The translations under genes and the position numbers were made by a program. DNA of 64,000 nt from Candidatus Bathyarchaeia archaeon. Its GTDB lineage: Archaea > Thermoproteota > Bathyarchaeia > Bathyarchaeales > Bathycorpusculaceae. Under the pieces are notes generated by a model that did not search any database, was not told the origin of the DNA, and saw only the letters and a program-made list of their open reading frames with translations. Shown one piece after another: positions 58,840-64,000 of this stretch. The stretch spans positions 96,001-160,000 of the forward strand of contig JAVZLM010000002.1 in assembly GCA_038883775.1 (NCBI GenBank), in the 5' to 3' direction. How positions within the stretch are numbered: position 1 is the first letter of the stretch; each line of letters opens with the position of its first letter.

Positions 58840-59613
58840 TCACTTTTGAATTACTTTCATGTAAGTGAATGTTGCAAGGGAAGCAAAAATTAATGCAAAA
58901 AAGGCTATGTCAATTAGCATGAGAGGCGTGAAAGGCGGGCTTCCTAAAAGAAACGCTCTTGAAAGGTCTGCGCCACAGCTTAAAGGATTGTATTGGGCTA
59001 TTAGTAGTAGCTGAGGTAGTGCAGTTTCTATGAGAGCCCTCGGGTAAAATACTGTGCTGCAGAAGAAAAGCACATAATAAACGACGCCTCTGGCTGTTAT
59101 GTACTTCTCAAAACTTTTTGTTGATAAGGCAAGGGTTATACTGAGACCGGAAGTTCCAATAGAGATTAAGAATAAAGCAACAATGAGCGTTAAAAACTGT
59201 AGTGGATAAAGAAAAGTGCCAGCGTAAATGTAGGTTATTATCAAGGTTGTAGCTAAAAGGGGAGCCATATAAATGATTCCTCTAAAACCCCCAGCTAAAA
59301 CCCTTCCAATAGCTAGTTCCCACCTCTTTATTGGCAAACTTAACATGTAATGGGAAAGCTCCCGTCTAACTTCCATATTAATTTCTCTTCCAATCATAAA
59401 AGCGGCTGCGAAAAGCGCTGTTATGGTTAAGCCAGGCGCAAAAAAGACAAAGTAATTTTTTATTATTTCTTCGTTGACCATTCTTGTGTAAACTATTGCC
59501 ATTATAAAAAGGTCTGCAAGGTTCATGCTAATCATTCCTACAATCCACCACTTGTATCGGAAAAAATAGTTGAAATCTCTCTGAACAACGTATAAAATTG
59601 GTTTTATTGCCAA
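58840..59613 (-). CDS. ABC-2 type transporter permease
   Basis: FFAPG, STVFYP, YNPLS. Confidence 0.85.
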   Translation of the reverse strand: MAIKPILYVVQRDFNYFFRYKWWIVGMISMNLADLFIMAIVYTRMVNEEIIKNYFVFFAPGLTITALFAAAFMIGREINMEVRRELSHYMLSLPIKRWELAIGRVLAGGFRGIIYMAPLLATTLIITYIYAGTFLYPLQFLTLIVALFLISIGTSGLSITLALSTKSFEKYITARGVVYYVLFFCSTVFYPRALIETALPQLLLIAQYNPLSCGADLSRAFLLGSPPFTPLMLIDIAFFALIFASLATFTYMKVIQK

Positions 59614-60389
59614 CCTCCGCCCTCCAATCTTCGTTCATGCAAAATTATGCCTAGAAAAGTGAATATGGAAAAGAAAGCGACTATGCCGAGAGTTGCTGTC
59701 AACGGTGGAGTAAGGAATGCGGATTCTATTCCAGCACCCCATCTGAATAGATCAGCAGCAAAGGTTAGAGGATTAATTGATGCAATGCCCGCATAATATT
59801 GTGGCATATAGGCTACAGGATAAAGTGTTGTACTCAGCCTAACTATTAAGGCGTCAGTAACACCCATTAATATATCAAATCTATCTGAGGATTTTATGCT
59901 AACAGCTAAGGTTATACTGAAACCAGCTGCACCAAAGGTAAAGAGAAATAGGGATAACAAAGCAACAAAAAGCTGTAGAATATTTGAAACTCCAACAAGA
60001 TATAAGGCGAAAAGCATCATTGGACCAACGTATAAGAAACTTCTTAAGCCTCCTCCAATAGACCTTCCAAGAACTAGTTCCTTGCGAGAAACAGGAACGC
60101 TTAAGAGATATTCTATGACGCCATGGTCAGCCTCTTCATAAATGTCATATCCTATAAACACTGTTGTTGAATACAACATTGTTATTATTATTCCAGTCAC
60201 ATAATAGCTGAAATAGTCACCACCAACAGCGTTTTGAACATCTGGGCGAAACATTCTTTTAACAATTAGACCGAAAAGAGCTATTTGGGAAATAAACCAG
60301 ATAGTGCGCATTATTAGAAGAAACTTATAACGTAGAAACATTCGAATGTCTCTTTCCGCTACCGTCCAAACCTTGCTTAAGTTTATCAT
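59604..60389 (-). CDS. ABC-2 type transporter permease
   Basis: DYFSY, LSVPVSR, LYP, INPLTF. Confidence 0.85.
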   Translation of the reverse strand: MINLSKVWTVAERDIRMFLRYKFLLIMRTIWFISQIALFGLIVKRMFRPDVQNAVGGDYFSYYVTGIIITMLYSTTVFIGYDIYEEADHGVIEYLLSVPVSRKELVLGRSIGGGLRSFLYVGPMMLFALYLVGVSNILQLFVALLSLFLFTFGAAGFSITLAVSIKSSDRFDILMGVTDALIVRLSTTLYPVAYMPQYYAGIASINPLTFAADLFRWGAGIESAFLTPPLTATLGIVAFFSIFTFLGIILHERRLEGGGWQ

Positions 60390-61342
60390 TTTCTTTGAGC
60401 CTCCTCGATGGTCAAGCCTGTATAATGTGCAAAGACGTCATCGAGCGATGGTTCACTCATATGTATGGATTTAACGGGTAATTGCGCTTTAATGAAGAAT
60501 TCTGTTATTTTTGGAAGAACCTCTTCCGCCTGATTTAAGTAGATTTTTAACTGATTCTGCTTTATGACTAATACGTCTACCACCCGCGGAATTTCCTTCA
60601 ACTCTGCAAGCACAGCATTAGGAACATCCTTTTCTAAAGCTATTTCCACAACATCTCCGCCAGGGATGCTATCTTTCAATTTTTTGGGTTCATCGCAGAC
60701 GAGAAGCTGACCTTTATGCATGATGGCAACTCTGTCCGAAAGTACATCAGCTTCATAAAGCTCATTTGTTGCAAGCAATATAGTTGAACCCTCATCTCTT
60801 AGGTCGCGGAGCATATTCCAAATCCTATGTTTTCCAACAATATCAATCTGCGCTGTCGGTTCGTCAACTATGGCTATTTTTGGTCTTTGAATGAGGATTT
60901 TGGCGATTTCAACCCTTTTGCGCATTCCACCAGAAAACGCGTGAACGCTCTTAAATCGGTCATTCCACAACTCAACCTGCTCTAAAACCCAACGAACCCT
61001 CTTTTTACGCTCATCTGCCGATAAACCACAAACTTTAGCATGCCAATTAAGAATATCCCAAGCTGAATCAACCCACAATAGTTTAGGCTCTTGAAACGCC
61101 ATGCCAATCAGCGTTCTAGCCTTGTCAGGTTCCTTGCTGACATCATATGGGCCTACAAAAGCCGTTCCTTCAGTTGGTCTTATAACGGTTGTTAACATAA
61201 GCAGAGTTGTCGTCTTTCCAGCTCCGTTTGGACCAAGAATCCCAAGGATTTCGCCCTCTTCAACCTCGAGGTTCAGATGGTCAACTGCCGTGAACTCTCC
61301 GAACTTCTTTGTTAAGTTAACCATCCGAACTATTGATGCCAT
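60386..61342 (-). CDS. ABC-2 (DrrA-like) ATP-binding protein
   Basis: GPNGAGKTT, FSGGMRKRVEIA, DEPT, EPSLDDVF. Confidence 0.92.
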   Translation of the reverse strand: MASIVRMVNLTKKFGEFTAVDHLNLEVEEGEILGILGPNGAGKTTTLLMLTTVIRPTEGTAFVGPYDVSKEPDKARTLIGMAFQEPKLLWVDSAWDILNWHAKVCGLSADERKKRVRWVLEQVELWNDRFKSVHAFSGGMRKRVEIAKILIQRPKIAIVDEPTAQIDIVGKHRIWNMLRDLRDEGSTILLATNELYEADVLSDRVAIMHKGQLLVCDEPKKLKDSIPGGDVVEIALEKDVPNAVLAELKEIPRVVDVLVIKQNQLKIYLNQAEEVLPKITEFFIKAQLPVKSIHMSEPSLDDVFAHYTGLTIEEAQRK

Positions 61343-61413
61343 TTTTAACCCAGACGCTGAAGCAAATAGAATGGACAAGCAAATAGATAAAATTAACTCT
61401 TAATTTTGTATCT

Positions 61414-62709
61414 TCACCTCACAAGTAAATTAGACGCTGTGTTCTCAACTTTTTTCATTATACTTGCCTCACCCAATGTTTTAACATGCCCTTTTTCCAT
61501 TATTATTTTTCCATCAACAATAACAGTGTCCACATCACTTCCACGGGCAGAATAAACAAGACTTGCAAAAACATCATGTGATGGCTTTAAATGCGGCTTT
61601 GAAAAGTCAATTAGGATTATATCCGCTCTTTTTCCAATTTCAAGCGAACCAATTTTATCTGCTAAACCTAAGGCTTCGGCTCCATTTATTGTTGCCATCC
61701 TCAAAACTTCATAGGCAGATAAAACTGTTGGATTCGCATATGTAAGTTTTTGAAGCAATGCTGCAAATTTCATGGTTTCAAACATGTCAAGAGTATTATT
61801 GCTTGCTGGACCGTCCGTTCCCAAACACACATTAATGCCTAAACTCATCAAATCTTTTATTTTAGCCGCTCCCAAGCCAAGTTTCATGTTAGCCACTGGA
61901 ACATAAGCAACGTGAACAACATGCTCGGAAAGGACACGCATATCCTTTTCTGAGAGGTTTATACAGTGGGCAGCTAAAACGTGATTCTTAAAAAAGCCTA
62001 TTTCATCCAAAAATTCCACTTCGCTAACACCGTGTAACATCTCTTTTGACTCAGCCAAATGCACATGTATGCCAACTCCAAGCTCAGAAGCTTTTTGGCT
62101 CACTTCTCTAAGCAATTCTTTGCTGCAACTGTAAGCTGCATGCGGTCCAAGTAAGGCTGTTATTTTGCCATTAGCATACCCATGAAATTTTTTAGCGAAA
62201 TCAATGCTTTCGTTGAACATTTTTCGTCCTAACTCTTTGTTTCCAGCTTCGATTATTCCTTGGGCTAATGCTGCCCTCATTCCGCTCTGCTCCACAGCCT
62301 TTGCAACCATTTCTTCATGAAAATACATGTCAGCAAAACATGTTGTTCCGCTTTTAATCATTTCCAAACAGCCCAAAAGGGCACCAACGTAAATGTCTTC
62401 AGCCTTGAGCTTAGCTTCCAAAGGCCAAATGGCTTCTCTTAACCAAACATTTAATGGTTTGTCTTCGGCGATTCCCCGAAATAATGTCATCGGCGCATGT
62501 GTGTGAGAGTTAATCAATCCTGGCATGGCGACTTTCCCCTTTGCGTTTATCTGTTTTTCAGCCTTTATGCCAGTTGTAAGGGAAGCTTTGCCAACAAAAA
62601 CTATTTCGCCACCTTTTATGGCTATGGCACCATCTTCTATGAAATATTTACCATTCATTGGCAAAACGGTGCATCCGTGAACTAAAACATCCACCTTCTC
62701 CAAAAGCAC
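61414..62709 (-). CDS. mtaD: Amidohydrolase, MTA/SAH deaminase-like
   Basis: PGLINSHTH, SGTTCFADMY, PHA, HLAE, AHC, GTDGPASNN. Confidence 0.8.
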   Translation of the reverse strand: MLLEKVDVLVHGCTVLPMNGKYFIEDGAIAIKGGEIVFVGKASLTTGIKAEKQINAKGKVAMPGLINSHTHAPMTLFRGIAEDKPLNVWLREAIWPLEAKLKAEDIYVGALLGCLEMIKSGTTCFADMYFHEEMVAKAVEQSGMRAALAQGIIEAGNKELGRKMFNESIDFAKKFHGYANGKITALLGPHAAYSCSKELLREVSQKASELGVGIHVHLAESKEMLHGVSEVEFLDEIGFFKNHVLAAHCINLSEKDMRVLSEHVVHVAYVPVANMKLGLGAAKIKDLMSLGINVCLGTDGPASNNTLDMFETMKFAALLQKLTYANPTVLSAYEVLRMATINGAEALGLADKIGSLEIGKRADIILIDFSKPHLKPSHDVFASLVYSARGSDVDTVIVDGKIIMEKGHVKTLGEASIMKKVENTASNLLVR

Positions 62710-62806
62710 ACCCTTTTCTATTTAGATAGAAAATTAACAATAAAAGAATATGCACAGTTGACCTTTTATGATTGAAAGTTTAAAAGATTTTGGAGGTGGT
62801 CTGACG

Positions 62807-63220
62807 CTAAAACACTGGTTTTTCTTCGATTCTCTTTATTAATGGACGAAGAGCTGGTTGAGGAACGTTTTCCTCTTCTAAACCGCCTTTTGGAAGCCCA
62901 GAGGTGCCAATTTTTCTGCATATGAAGTTAAGGGAATCCTCTGTGAAGTTCAGTAGACTTTGTCCTTCAGAGGTTAACTTGTAAACTTTTCTAGGTCTTT
63001 CGCTGTTCATGTTCCATTCGCTTTTTACATATCCCTTCTTTTCTAAGGCATTTAGGAGCGGATATATTGTGCTTGGTCCAAAATAAACCCCAAAGGTTTT
63101 GCGTACTTTGGTGATTATTTGATAGCCGTGCATTGGCTGCGTGCTTAGAAACTGGAGCACTATTAGGTCTAGGAGGCCTTTCATCAATTTGACCTGAACT
63201 TCTTTAGAGTTGTTAACCAT
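62807..63220 (-). CDS. PadR family transcriptional regulator
   Basis: MHGYQI, PSTIYPLL..LE..G, RKVYKLT..G. Confidence 0.9.
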   Translation of the reverse strand: MVNNSKEVQVKLMKGLLDLIVLQFLSTQPMHGYQIITKVRKTFGVYFGPSTIYPLLNALEKKGYVKSEWNMNSERPRKVYKLTSEGQSLLNFTEDSLNFICRKIGTSGLPKGGLEEENVPQPALRPLIKRIEEKPVF

Positions 63221-63255
63221 TATTCTTCCTTCCTTTTTCACGTGTTTTTTTGTTT

Positions 63256-63289
63256 TACACGTGTACAATATGTCCTTTTTTGGACATAT
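63256..63289. promoter_or_regulatory. Palindromic operator candidates between the divergent padR genes
   Basis: TACACGTGTA (63256-65) and ATATGTCC-T6-GGACATAT (63268-89), which contains ATGT-N10-ACAT. Confidence 0.55.
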
Positions 63290-63449
63290 CTCAAGACTTT
63301 ATAGAGCCTAAACAGAAATATAAACGTTCATGCTTACCACAAACATAAAAAAGCATACAGAAGCATACAAAAATATTCCATTTTCTACATAACTTAAATA
63401 AACTCAAACCCGAACAAGTCCAAAACAGAACACTACAGAGCGTGAAAAA

Positions 63450-63776
63450 TTGGCACAAAACTACAAAAAAGAAATTGTTCAACGCATAACCAGAAACCTA
63501 CTAGACATCCAAATACTAAGACTCCTAAACGCTGAACCCATGTGGGGCTACAAAATAAAAAAACAGGTAGAAACAAAATACGAAGTAAAACTAAGACACG
63601 GAGCCCTATACCCACTGCTGAAGACACTAGAACAAAAAGGTTTCCTTAAAAGCCAGCAACAACGCCAAGGTAGAAGAACAAGAAAACTATATGCAATAAC
63701 AGAAAAAGGAAAGGAATACATAGAAACCTATAACAGCATACTAAAAGAACAAATACAAAAACAAGACATAAAATAA
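63450..63776 (+). CDS. PadR family transcriptional regulator
   Basis: MWGYKI, HGALYPLL..LE..G, RKLYAIT..G. Confidence 0.9.
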   Translation: MAQNYKKEIVQRITRNLLDIQILRLLNAEPMWGYKIKKQVETKYEVKLRHGALYPLLKTLEQKGFLKSQQQRQGRRTRKLYAITEKGKEYIETYNSILKEQIQKQDIK

Positions 63777-63780
63777 AACG

Positions 63781-64000
63781 ATGCGCATGAAAAAGCAAGC
63801 TAACAAAAAATTGATGGAACAAGTTCAGATATTTCTAAAAAAACGTGGCCAAAAAGCATTCGAAATTGCCAAAAAAACAATTCTACAAGAAAAAAACATG
63901 AATACAAATGTTTACAAGGCATTACGTTATTTCATGGAGGAATGTTGGTATGACGTTCAACATCCAGCTCTAATTTCTTTAACCTGTGAAGCTGTAGGCG
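63781..64000 (+). CDS. Polyprenyl synthetase-like protein, 5' part (runs off the window)
   Basis: Not in ORF track; MRMKKQ...ALRYFMEECWYDVQHPALISLTCEAVG resembles region I of trans-prenyltransferases (A..Y...RP.L..L...A.G). Confidence 0.55.
   Translation, partial: MRMKKQANKKLMEQVQIFLKKRGQKAFEIAKKTILQEKNMNTNVYKALRYFMEECWYDVQHPALISLTCEAVG

Noticed and set aside
1-64000. Numerous antisense and alternate-frame ORFs in the track (e.g. 1788-2207, 7786-8232, 27715-28389, 31426-31884, 40363-40833, 57813-58253)
   Set aside because: They are shadows of well-supported genes on the opposite strand or frame and carry no recognisable motifs.
1-64000. CRISPR arrays, transposases, proviral genes
   Set aside because: No regularly spaced repeats, and no transposase, integrase or capsid motifs were seen.

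Overview
A gene-dense archaeal chromosomal window, most consistent with Bathyarchaeia (TACK). The placement rests on aIF-1A/Rio1/Pno1, aIF-2beta, rpl35Ae, Hjc, membrane LonB, a single-OB SSB, a NitrOD5-like protein and a Fae domain. It holds about 70 CDS, mostly housekeeping and metabolic: malic enzyme, GcvPA/PB, PyrG, ACD alpha, TrmI, RNase J, ABC/MFS transporters and regulators. It also holds a tRNA-His(GUG). I found no integrase, transposase or CRISPR array. Highlights: (1) a DapA/NAL-family aldolase lacking the DHDPS-specific Arg fused to a complete formaldehyde-activating enzyme domain, a candidate formaldehyde-channelling C1 enzyme. (2) Two box C/D guide RNAs with variant CGGA D boxes, one predicted to methylate 23S A1913 and A1938 (eukaryote-like sites) and one predicted to methylate tRNA-Leu(CAA) C34. 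(3) An ~820-bp non-coding region with two back-to-back, oppositely stranded fold-back structures. (4) A thiolase-fold protein lacking the canonical catalytic residues, coupled to DUF35. (5) A degenerate nucleotidyltransferase-kinase fusion coupled to RNase J. (6) A wHTH-MinD/ParA pair with upstream repeats. All functional calls come from motif recognition by eye; no searches were run.
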